DNA from: Parvularia atlantis | Lineage: Eukaryota | NCBI GenBank assembly: GCA_943704415.1 | Contig: CALSCO010000284.1 | Span: forward strand, 1-51,567 | Length of the DNA stretch: 51,567 nucleotides | Reading direction: 5' to 3' | Part shown: positions 35,169 to 50,168 of the stretch, piece after piece | Layout of the letters: every line of letters begins with the position of its first letter | Numbering within the stretch: the stretch's first letter is position 1 | Notes under the pieces: model-generated | The model's database searches: none | The model's input: the letters and a program-made list of their open reading frames with translations, nothing else | What the model was told of the DNA's origin: nothing | Program-made: the position numbers and the translations under genes

Positions 35169-35320
35169 ACTTTGTGGCGCGCCACAACGGCGCCGCCGCC
35201 GCCGCACGCAACGTCCTGATCAAGTACCTGAGCCAGTTCGTCCCGGACTGGCGTTGAGGCTACCCTGGGAGTAGGAATCAGGGCTGACTAGATTAGTCAG
35301 TACTGAATTGGTTTTGTTTG
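35169..35320 (+). ncRNA. Candidate structured non-coding RNA or cis element (unclassified)
   Basis: A 16-bp palindrome, a closing helix enclosing two hairpins, a perfect 7-bp hairpin and a T-rich tract; no recognisable family motif. Confidence 0.3.
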
Positions 35321-35365
35321 TAGCGTGACAGCGACCACAACAGAAAACGGCGCCTTGTGCCTTGC

Positions 35366-39524
<4,159 letters not shown>

Positions 39525-39584
39525 GTAAGACCTTTTCTGTCTGTGCCAGTGAGCGCACTTCTGCAGAGCCAGCCATCGAACTGA

Positions 39585-40951
39585 ATGCCACGCACGCTCG
39601 CCATGCTGCTGGTCTCATCTGCGGCAGCGGTCGACGTGCTGCGCGACGCGATCGCAGCGCGCGAGGCCGCCGGCGCGGGGATGCTGCTCGTCCTTGTGCC
39701 GCACACGCGCCGCGACGAGCTCTGGCCGGGCGCGGTGCATCGCGCCGTGCCGTGGCTGCGCGACGCACAGACCGTCCTGCCAGTGCGCGGCGAGTGCGTC
39801 GAGCTGGACGGCGCGGTGGACGCGGACGTCGACGACGGCGTGGTCGTGTTCACGACGGGCACGACGGGGCCGGCCAAGGCGGTGCTGTACGCCTGGGACG
39901 CGCTTCGACAACAGGCGCGGGCGACGATCGCGGCGCTCGGCGTTGCGGGCGACGCGGGCGCGCTGCACGTCGTCGCGGCCACGCACGTCGCGCACGCCTA
40001 CTCGCTCAACGCGCTCTTCTTGGCGCTCGAAGCCGAGTGCGCCGCGCTGACCGTCATCGAGAGCGCGCCGGACGCGCTCGTGCGGACGCTGCGCGATCTC
40101 CCGCGCCGCGGCCGTCTCACGATGCTCCTCGGCTCGCCCACGACCTACGCCGCCCTGGCCGATGCGCCCGCCGACGCCGCCGCGCTGCCCGTCGATCTGT
40201 GCTACTCGTGCGTGCCGTGCACGTCGCCGCGCCCTCGCGTGCCTCACGCACGTCGCGTGGCAGGGCCGGCTGCCCGCTGTCGGCCGCCGTGCACGCGCGC
40301 GTCCGTGAACGCTTCGGCGCCGTCGTGCTCCAAAACTACGGCAGCTCCGAGACCGGCAACATCGCCTTCGTGCCGCCAGACACGCTCAACGCGATGCCGC
40401 CGCCCGAGCTGGCCACGAGCGTCCTCGGCCCGCCCGTGCAGCCGGACAGCGTGCGGCTCGACGCGCCGCCCGACCTCGAGCTCGCGCCCGGCTTTGAGGG
40501 CGAGGTCTGCGTGCGCGCGGCCTGGACGTCGCGCGGCTACCTCGTGGGCGGACGCCTCGTCGCGCACGGCGAGTGGTACCGCACGGGCGACATGGGTCGC
40601 TGGGTCGAGCTGGGCGGGCGGCGCATGCTCGTGCTTGGACCGCGGCTGCGCACCCCGATCGCGCTCGTCGACCACGCCGGCCGGCCCGTCGCCGCGCCGC
40701 CGTGGCGTCTCGAGGCCGCGCTGAGCCGAGCCGATGGTGTGCGCGAGGTTGTCGTCGTGCCGCTGCGTGCCGGCGGCTACGGCGCCCTGGTCGCCCTCGC
40801 GCCGGGGCGGTCGATCGAGGACGTGCAGCAGTGGTGCGCCACACAGATGCCCACCTGGGAGCGGCCGAGTCGGCTGCGCGCCGAGGCGAGCGTACCGCAC
40901 AGCGCGGCGGGCAAGGTCGTGTACCCGCACGTGGCCGCGCTCTTCGACTGA
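39585..40951 (+). CDS. AMP-binding (ANL superfamily) acyl-CoA ligase-like enzyme, one intron (40208-40263)
   Basis: P-loop VFTTGTTGPAKAV, CYS|AGCPL, QNYGSSETG, GEVCVR, WYRTGDMG, PWRLEAAL, and the A10 lysine in PHSAAGKV. Confidence 0.85.
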
Positions 40952-41018
40952 AAGCAAAACTTATCATCGCACACGCACGCTCGCTGCCGCTACCGCCGCT
41001 GCTGTCGCTGCCGCACGC

Positions 41019-42058
41019 TCATCCGGGCGGGTGAAAGTTGAGGAACGCCTCAAGCTCGGAGATGTCGTAGATGCTGCGCACGTCGATGCGGGCGAGCACG
41101 TCCGCGGTCAGAAAGACGTGCTGTGCGTGGCAACGTCAGTGACAACGCCCGTGAGCCGCAGCGGCGCCGCACCGCCAGGTTCTGCCGGTCCATGCTGCGG
41201 TCGACGAGGAACGCCGCGCCAACGACGTGGATGTTGTACGCTTCGCGCAGCAGGCGCTCGCCGACCACTAGCGACGACCCTGCGAACGCGCGGGCACACA
41301 GCAGTCAGCACGGCAGCCATGCACAACGCGACTGCGCGCACCCGTGCTGATGCAGTCGTCGACCCAGATGGCCGGGATGGGGTCGCTCACGGGCGTGCGG
41401 CCCGTGTAGCACTCGGACCCCTCGAGCTGCTGCCGCGTCCCTGTGCGCGCGCCCGCACAGTCGGCACGATGCGCACCCAGCCACCGGGCCGCCGCACCTG
41501 TGCTCTTGCGCTGCTTGCGGAAGTAGACAAAGTCGAGCCAGTGGAGCGACGTGCTGGCGGCGGCGAGCTGCGCGACCATGATCTGCGCGCGCGCCGCATG
41601 AGCCCGCAGTGCCTCGCATCGACCGGCCGCGCACCCCGCCGGCGACCTCGGGCCCGACGCAGAGCACGCGCTGGCCGCGGTACGGCTCGCTGAACCACTT
41701 GTTGAGCGCGCCCTCGAGCAGCTGGACGACCTTGCGCGACACGTGCCGGTCGAGCAGGTTCGTCGCGAGGTTCATGTAGTCTGCGGCGCGTCATCAGCAG
41801 TCGCGCCCGTGCCCCAGATTGACGCGCCGGCGCACACGGGATGACGAGGCCGGCCGTGGACGTGAACGGTCCACGCTTGCAGTTGCGCGCAAAGTCGCGC
41901 AGGACGGCGTTGGCGAGCGCAGGCTCCTCGGCCGCGACGTCGTCGTCCACGCCGCGCTCGCATCGGAAGCGCAGCACCCCGTCCTCGTCCGCGCGCAGCA
42001 TCCGCGCCGTCCGCGGCGCCAGCGGATCGAACGCCGCCGACCGCGATCCCGCTTCCAT
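41019..42058 (-). CDS. Orotate phosphoribosyltransferase-like type I PRTase, multi-exon
   Basis: GPFTSTAGLVIP|YYMNL, CVGPEVAGG, flexible loop YFRKQRKST|GTRQQLEG, PRPP-binding IWVDDCISTG|SS, VVGAAFLVDR. Confidence 0.8.
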
Positions 42059-42320
42059 GACGGCTGACGAACCGAGCGTCAGCCACGGTGCATTCGGTGG
42101 GGGAGCGAGCGCGTGCACGGCGGATAAGATCGAACGGTGAATTGAAACGACGCGTCCTGCCTTCCCTTTTCGCGCACACGCGCGCGGCGCTGCTCCCTGT
42201 CCCTCTCGTGCGCCTAAGAGGGGGGAGCAAGGAGCGTGTGCTCGCAGCGTGCGCGAATCGCGCTGTCGGCCCGCCTCCTGACCGCTGAAGCGACGTCGAC
42301 ACACGCAAACCCACACGCAG

Positions 42321-43078
42321 ATGGCACGGCGCGTCTCGGCCGCGGCGAGCAGCATCGCGCGGCCCGCGGGGATGCTCGGCGCGGGCATCGGCACGGCCGT
42401 CTGGGAGGCGCGTGCGGGCGTGCGAGGCGGTGCCGATGCCGTGGCTGAGCGCCGCGCAGGTCGACATCATCAGCTCAAAGGTCGGGCGCGACGCGAAGGG
42501 CGCCAAGTACACGGTGCGCGCGCCTGCACGCGAGACGCGGCACCGCCGACGCCCCGCCGTCGTATGCACGTGCAGTACTACAACATCGCGCTCAAGATGG
42601 GCCCTGGCAACGCGCCCGTGCACATCGTGCGGCGCTACCGCCAGTTTGCGGCGCTGCATCAGCAGGTGCGCCGCGCGTCGCCCGTCCCGGTCCCGCCGCC
42701 CACGCGCTGCCCGCAGCTGCTCGACGAGGCGCCGACCGTGCTGCGCGAGCTCGACGTCAGCTTCCCCAAGAAGAAGATCTTCGGGCGGTTCGAGGAGAGG
42801 TGCGCGCGCGGCCTCGCTGTGCACGACCTGATCGGGGCGCGGCCAGCTTCCGCGAGGAGCGGCGGGTGGCGCTGCAGCTGTTCCTGCGCAAGGTGCTGTC
42901 GCACGAGTACCTGACGACGCTGCCGTGCGTCCGGCGCTTCTTCAACGCCAACGTGAACGTGCGCCGCGCTGGCCCTTGGGTGCAGCGAGCTCACACAATG
43001 GCGCAGGAGCACGGGCGACAGACGTCTAACCCGCACGTCTCGCGCGACATCCCCGACCTGCTCCTCTCCGACAGCTGA
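42321..43078 (+). CDS. Small PX-domain (sorting-nexin-like) protein, multi-exon
   Basis: KYT|YYNI..IVRRYRQFAALHQQ|L..SFPKKKIFGRFEE|SFREERRVALQLFLRKVL..VRRFF. Confidence 0.88.
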
Positions 43079-43135
43079 CCCACCCGCACCGCGCATGTAG
43101 CACACTTGTACCCGCATCGTCAGTTGCTCTCAAGT

Positions 43136-43696
43136 CTAAGCGTTCACGGCCTCGCGCAGCAGCGCCGCAACGTCGTTGGCGTGCAGGCGCAGCTTGCGCT
43201 CGGCCGCGGCCTTGCTGACGTCCAGCTCGTTCATCTGCGCGCGCACACGATCAGCAGCCGCAAGCCGATCGATGCGCACCGCTCGGACGCACCACGAGCG
43301 CGACGTCGGCCTCGGTCACGGCGATGCGCGACAGCTCCTCCTCCCTGCGCCGTGGGTGAGCGAGCGATCGCGCGGCAGACGCACGGCGCGCACTTGCGCT
43401 TCCGCGCGTCCTTGTCCCTCTGGATCTTCTCGGCCATGTCGCTCACGGCCTGCGCGTCCCGCCCCGATCAGCACATCTCGCATCCGCATCCGCGCACTCG
43501 AGCGCGCCTTGGTCAGCTTGGCCGCGTCAAACTCATCGCGCTCCTCGCCGGCGAGCGTGCCGCGGCTGCTGACGCGATCGAGGTCGCGCGTGGCCTGTCC
43601 ACTCTGCCCGCTCCGCGCCGCCGCCGCCGCCGTCTCGTCCTCCTCCGGCGCGTCGTCGTCGCCCTCCGCGGCGAGCCGCGCCGCCTCGTCCGCCAT
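43136..43696 (-). CDS. HYPK: Huntingtin-interacting protein K-like (NAC-UBA-like C-terminus), multi-exon
   Basis: QATRDLDRVS, EQELSRIAVTEADVALV|MNELDVSKAAAERKLRLHANDVAALLREAVNA*. Confidence 0.82.
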
Positions 43697-43758
43697 TGCT
43701 GATCGCCCGAAACACGTCCTGCAAAGTGTTCTACCGACGTGCAGCACGTAGGGTTTCA

Positions 43759-43778
43759 GTCACGTGCTTGGCGCCAAA
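43759..43778. promoter_or_regulatory. E-box (GTCACGTG) plus E2F-like TTGGCGCCAAA in the 85-nt HYPK/ESCO bidirectional promoter
   Basis: Seen directly, just upstream of the ESCO ATG at 43782. Confidence 0.45.
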
Positions 43779-43781
43779 GCA

Positions 43782-45119
43782 ATGAGCAGCGCGCCGCTGG
43801 TCGAAGTCGTGCTGCCGCGCCGCGCGCCGCCCGCTGCTGCGCCTGCCGCCGCTGCGCTGTCGACGCCGCCGCCCTCAGCGCCCGGCAGCGACGACAGCGA
43901 CGAGAACGAGCCGCGGTGGTGCGCAACGGCAGCGCGCGCGTCACGCTTCTGTAACGGCACGCGGCAGGCTCAACGGCGGCGGCGCCACGGCGGCCGAGCG
44001 CACGTTCGGCAGCGGCAGCGGCACGTTCAAGCGCGGGCTGACGACGTGTGCGTGACGGTGCGGGGGGTCGGGGTCCCACCCGCGGTGACAGACGTGCATG
44101 CGGCGCCAGACGGGAGCACGCCGAGGACGCCGCTCGTCCCGTGGCTCGGCCACGCCTCGCCGCCGCCCTCGACGTGCGTCGCACGTGACGCGGACGTGGA
44201 CGGCACGTGACGCGTGTGGCTTGGGCAGGAAACGCGCGCGGACGACGAGCTCGTCACCGGTGTCGTCGCCGCCGCCGGCCAAGGGCGATGGCAAGGTGCA
44301 GCTGCACCTCGACTTTGGCCAGCGCCCGCTCGCGCACGTCACGTGCGCAGACTGCGGGATGCTGTACATGCGCGGCCGGCGCGACGACGAGGACGCGCAC
44401 GCCAAGTTCCACCGCAGCAGGCTCAACGGCATCGCCCTCGGCCGCCAGACGCTCGCGCAGGCTCGTCCCGCATCAGGCCGGTTTGCTGATGACCGCTGAT
44501 CACCGATCGCGCAGGCGCGGCATCTCGACCTGTCCCCGGACGGCTGCGAGGTGCTACTCTTTACCGACGACTGCGCGCGCGACGCCCAGCGCCAGCTCAA
44601 GGACCTCCTGCGCCTGATCAACGCCGAGCTCGGCGCCGTGCTCCAGCCCGACCCGCGCCTCGCCGGCTACCGTGTCTTTGTCATGGTCGACGCCCGCGCG
44701 CACGTCCTCGGCTGCGTCGTGGCCGAGCCGCTCGCCGAGGCGTACCGGAGCCCGACGGGCGCGCTCGCGCCGCTGCGCGAGATGGTGCTCGAGCCGTGCA
44801 AGGCCGGCGTCAACCGCATGTGGGTCAAGAAGGTGCGTTGCCGCGTGCGCGCGGGCGTGCGAGTGACTGACACGCCGCACAGGAGCATCGCGGCGAGCGC
44901 GTCGCCACGCGCCTGCTCGACGCGATGCGCGCCAACATGGTCTTCGGCCAGGTACGCACACGCGCCGGCTGTGACAGCCGTGCGCGGCGCTGACCCGCAG
45001 CGGCACAGGTGCTCGGCCGTGACGAGATCGCCTTCTCGCAGCCGACGGCCGACGGCCAGCGCCTGGCCGAGCACTACTGCGCGCGCAAAGACGTCCTGGT
45101 GTATCATGGCGAGCGCTGA
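43782..45119 (+). CDS. ESCO2: Eco1/ESCO cohesin acetyltransferase, multi-exon
   Basis: PIP-like QLHLDFGQ, zinc finger TCADCGMLYMRGRRDDEDAHAKFH, INAELG, GCVVAE, GVNRMWV..RVATRLLD, IAFSQPTADG..VLVY. Confidence 0.92.
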
Positions 45120-45129
45120 ACGTACAGAA

Positions 45130-48100
45130 CTACACCGACTGCGCCTTCTCGCGGTACACCTTGGCGCCCGTCCACAGCCCGAGGTCGTAAAGGTACGACG
45201 CGTAGCCAACGTACATCGACGCGGTGACGGCGCGCCCGTGGTCGTCGCCTGCGACACGGGCGGCGTCAGCACCAGCTCGAGCGAGCGCGCGGCCGTTGCA
45301 CGCACTCAAGTCGTTGAGCACGACGCCGAGCTCCTCGCACGCCGTCGTCAGCAGCACCGCGCGCTCGTAGTGCTTCTGGTCGAGAAGGAGCTGCCGTGCC
45401 GACGCGAACGCGCCCAGCGACAGGTACTGCCGCAGTGCCTTCTCCTGCGCCACGCTCCGAGCGTCAGCGGAGGGGCGTGCACAGCACACGCGCAGTGCGC
45501 ACGTATTCGCCGTTCTGCCGCAGGTGCTGTGCCCAGCGCATGTTAACGACGTGCGCCTCGCCTGTGCGCGCGTCAGCCGTGCGGTGCACCGAGGGCTCGT
45601 AACGCACGCGCAGAGAGCGACGACTTGGCCATCACCGCCGCGTCCCGCCACAAGCCGTTGTTCTGCAGGTAAGTGCACGCCTCGAGCCCACGCCCGAGTA
45701 GGCACAGCAGCTGCACGCCCTCGAGCAGCTCGTTGTTGGCGATCAGGCTCGTCGCGACTACCTGCAGCGTGTGCTCGAGGTTCGCCGGCGCCTTGATGGC
45801 CGCGATCAGGCACGCCTTGAGCGCGTCGGCGCGGTAGCCCGCCGTGTTGGACGGCGTCTCCAGCAGCAGCTGGATCGCCTTGTCGTACTGGCTCAGCACG
45901 AGGTCTAGTCGGCGGCGTGTCAGCACGCGTTACGCGCTGCAGGCTGCACGCACTGTTGTGCACGGTCGCCTGCATGAGCTCGTTCGTCGTCGCGACGCGC
46001 TCCAGCTGCGCCGTCCGCCGCACCTCACGCGCGCGCACATCGGGCGCCGGCGCGAGCATGTTCAGGTGCGCTGGTACACTGCCGACCGCCGCGCTCGCCG
46101 GCCACGTGTCCAGCACGAGCTCCGGCGGCGCAGCCGACACCACTGACGCCGCCACGACCGTCCCGCGCCCGGGCTGGTCGCCAAAGTGGTCCCAAACCTC
46201 GTGCAGCCCGTCGACAGGCCCCGCACCCGTCGTGTCCTCCGGCACGGGCTCGACGGCGGCCTTGTCTGTGGCGGGCGAAGCAGCGGCCGGCGACCGCTCG
46301 CGCTCAATTGCCTCAGTCTGAGCCATCTGACGCGCGGTCGCGGCGTTGACCGCGACGAGCCGCCACAGGTCCACCTCTACGCATGCGGCTCAGCCACCAG
46401 CGCAGGCCATGCGAGAGCCGCACCGTGCAGGTCGCCGAAAAACTGCGCCACGCGCGCCAGGCGCACGACCAGCGGCTGCGACGAGTCCTGCGAGTCGCGC
46501 GCGTTGTCAGCAGACACACGTGAACCCTCGCAATGTGCGCACCTGCAGCCGCTCACGCACGCGCAAATCCAGCTGCGCCAGGCGGGCTGTGAGCACAGAC
46601 CGCGCGCCCTCGTCGTCCTCGCCAGCCGTGCTCGCGACGCCGGCCGCCCAACCGGGGCGCGGCTCGAGCGCACAGCGCAACAGCGACTGCTCGCGCGTCG
46701 GCAGCAGCGCCGGCACAAGCACCGGCGGCGAGCGCACGTAGTCTGCGCGCACACGAGTGGTCAGACGCTGATCAGGGAGCAACGCGACATACAGCTGAGC
46801 GGCGACACGCAGCGCCGCAGCCCCAGGTCGAGCACGCGCAACGAGCCGTCGGTGAGGACTGTGCCCCGCAAGCATCAGCAGCCACCAGATCGCTGGCAGC
46901 GGCGCGCGCACTGCACACGGGGTTCTCGGGCGTGAGCCAGTCGACGTCCGTCACCCGCTCGGCCGTGTCGCCTCTGCGGCAGCGCAAGTGAGCGACAAGC
47001 GTGCGGCGCTGCGAGCTCGCACCGCGCTGCTGCTGCTGCCGCCGCTGCCGCTCCCGCCGCCGTGCCGGTCGCAGCGGCCATGAGCATGTCGGTCGTCTTC
47101 TTGGTCGTGTCGTCGCTCGCACCCTGGCCGTCGCCTTCGCCGCTCTTTTTCGCCTCGGCTGCAAACGGCCACGACGATACGCACTCGGTCGTGTCCATGT
47201 CCCAGATGCCCAGGCCGTCCGCAAACAGCACAAGAACGCGCCGCCCAGAGCGGTACGGGCAGACGCGCACGCGCCGCACCTCGCCGTACGTCGTCGTGAC
47301 CGGCCTGCGCGCACCGTGAGCGCGGCACAGCAGGAAAGGCTGCACGCACTTGGTCCGCTGCGACTTGTACAGGTAGTAGTGCAGCGCGCCGCTCGCGTCG
47401 CCCGTGATCAGCATGCTCTCCTTCTTGTCCCTACGCCGCACATGCGCGTCAGCGTCTGGGCAACGGCAAGGCGCATGGGCGCCGGGTCGCACCAGGCCAG
47501 TGCCGTGACGGTGTACACGCCGCTGCGGTGCGGGAAGCGGCTGTCCTCGCTCAGCACACCACCAGACACCGAGTAATGCACCAACATGCCTGGGCAGCAG
47601 CAGCGTCAGCCGGCCGGCTGTGAGCATCACGACACGTCCGTCGCACCTTCCGTGAGCGTCACAATCAGCTGCTCCGGCCCACCGCCGCCGCTCGGCTTGC
47701 GCTCACGCTGTGGCCCGCTGTTCTTGCGCGGCGTTGTCGACGTGGGCACGGGGGACCACTCGGCCGCGGTGATGGTCGTGTGCGGCACAGTCGAGCGCGA
47801 CAGCGTCAGCGTTGTCAGGTCCCACAACTCGAGCGGGCTGCGCAAGCGGTCAGTGCTGCAGCGCGGCGCAGCAAACGTGCACACCTGTCCTTCCACAGCA
47901 CAATGAGGTACTGCCGCCGCGGCGAAACATGCATCGCCGTGATCGCGATCTGCTCGTGGACGCGGTCCTGTGCGAAAACACATGAGCACTCGCGCAACAG
48001 GATCGGAGGCGGCCCGCACCGTCTTCAGGTCGTCCACACGGCCCGTCGCAAGGTCCACCAGGCGCAGCAGCGTCTTGCTTGCGCCGGACGACTGCGCGTC

Positions 48101-50054
48101 CCAGCCGGCAACCACCATGCGCCGCGCGTCAACCCTGTCGAGGCCCACGCGCGTGAGACAGAGCAGCAAGTCACAGCACCAGTCCGCACCAGCGAACGAT
48201 GCGCACGGGCAGGTCCATCACAGCCACGTCTCTCAGCACGCGTCCCGTGCGCACTTCAACCAGCTGCACATGCCCCGAGCGCGCTCCCAGCGCGACGCAG
48301 TGCACCCTGCTAGGCGGCGCGTCCTGCGCCGGGATAACTTCGATGCACAGCGGCTGGCACGCGCGCAGGTGAGCAAGAGCAGCACGTCGCGGAGGCACAT
48401 GCACACGTTCGGCGCGATGAGTTCCACGAGGCCTGTGATCGTCAGGCGCGGCACGATGGTGGGCTTCGCCTCAAAGTCAAAGAGCATGCTGGCGGCGCGC
48501 GCGGTGTCAGCGCTGCGCAGCATTGGCCGTGCATCGACGCACATCTGCCCGTCTGACGACAGCCCGACGATCTGCGTGTCGCGCACTGGGTTGCCGGCGA
48601 TGTCGAAGAACTGGCACAAAGCACCGTGACGCATGCAGAGCAGCGCAGAGCGGCTCGCGCACCTTGTCGGGCCGGCTCGGCTTGAGCACGTCCGTGTGCG
48701 CGACGATCGAGTACATCCACGCGGCGCCGAGCTCGGCCAGCGAGGCGTCCGGCGCCACGCGCCGCCGCGCCCGCACTACGATGCTCCCGTTGTCGTGCAG
48801 GCAGAACAGAAGCTCCGGGCAGCTCCGCGACAGCAGCAGCCGCACGAACCCGGCCGCGCGCGGCTCGTTCGCCACAACGGCCATGATCTGCCGGCCCGCA
48901 CTGGTCTCACGGTGCCGTCCACGCGCGCTCATACGAAAACGCACCTGCACGATGTTGATGTCCATGACCAGGATCTCGCCGCGCGTCACAAAGTAGACGA
49001 TGCCGGGCTCGCTCGGCGAGTACGCCACGTCGACGATATCGGCACTCGCCATCAGCTCGCCGGGCGTCGTGAACGTGCTCGCCTTGTCACGCGCGCTCGT
49101 GCGGAAGTTCTGGAAGCGCTCGAACGCGCGCGGCGTCTGACGCACAGCCATCAGCGCTCGCCCACAGCCGGAAGCGAGGGCGCGCACCTTGCGAGCAGCG
49201 CTGGGCGCTGAGTGCGTCTCGCCCAAGTGGAACTTGCGCACGCCCGGCTCCTTCCCGCGTTCGCCGGTCAGGCCTGCCACCGTTGCTCAGCCTGCTGCAC
49301 AGCAACACCGCGCGGCTGCTGCAGTGACGCACCGTTCAGCACGTACAGGTACGCGTTGGCCGTCAGCAGGCACGCGTTGGCCGGCTCGGTGGGGTCAACG
49401 ACAAAGTGCAGTAGGTCGCCCTGGAAGTCGCGGCTCCAGACGCGCGAACCCGTGCGCAGATTCCATAGCGCGAGCGTGCTCGGGGCGTACAGCACGGCGA
49501 GGTGCTCGTCGTTGTCGGGCTGGAACTCGATCGCGATCACGCCCTGGGCGCAGCAAACAGCTTAACCAGCGAAACGGGGCGCGTCAGACACGCACCTTCT
49601 GCGCCGTTGGCAGGGTGAGCGTGGTCGAGGGGCGCGTGCGCTGTACGTTCCACAGCAGCACGCGGCCCGCGACGTCGCCCGACGCGAGCCGCAGCTGGCG
49701 AACACGGTTGTAGCTGCAGCGGTCGTCGCCGCGCGCCCATCGGACGACGACGACGGTGGCGGCGTGGCCGTGCAGCGTCTGCGCGATCTGCAGGCTGTCG
49801 GTGTGCAGCACGACGACGACTTCGTGGCTAGCGAAGGCGAGCAGGCCGTGCACGCCCCAGTCGAGCGCGCCGCGGTTGTGCGGATGCAGCTGGCCGGGCA
49901 GCGTCCGCGGCGCCACAGTCGCGATTGCGGCGGGTCCCGTCGTCGTCATCGTCATCGTCGGCGCATCGCGATGGCCCGCCACGTGCGACGGCGGCTGCTG
50001 CAGCTCGCGCGACACCGAGCGCTGCGTCACAAGCCGCGGCGGCGGCGGCGCCAT
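45130..50054 (-). CDS. WDR11: WD repeat-containing protein 11, multi-exon
   Basis: N-terminal PRTLPGQLHPHNRGALDWGVHGLLAFASHEVVVV..QTLHGH..VRWAR..LRLASGDVAGRVLLWNV; C-terminal AIQLLLET..YRADALKACL..VVATSLIANNELLEGVQLLCLLGRGLEACTYLQ. Confidence 0.92.
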
Positions 50055-50168
50055 CAGCCCGACAGAAAAGTGACACCTCTCGTTCAGCCATGACAAGCGC
50101 GCGACATAGACGAGCGCGACCACGTGGATAAGCTACTTTCTGTGGACGCCTGTAACGAGAGGGGCCGC

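Noticed and set aside
35215..35310. Assignment of the hairpin cluster to tRNA, 5S, U1/U2 or hammerhead ribozyme
   Set aside because: Lacks the T-loop GTTCRA cloverleaf, ACTTACCTG, GTAGTA and CTGANGA/GAAA cores; left unclassified.
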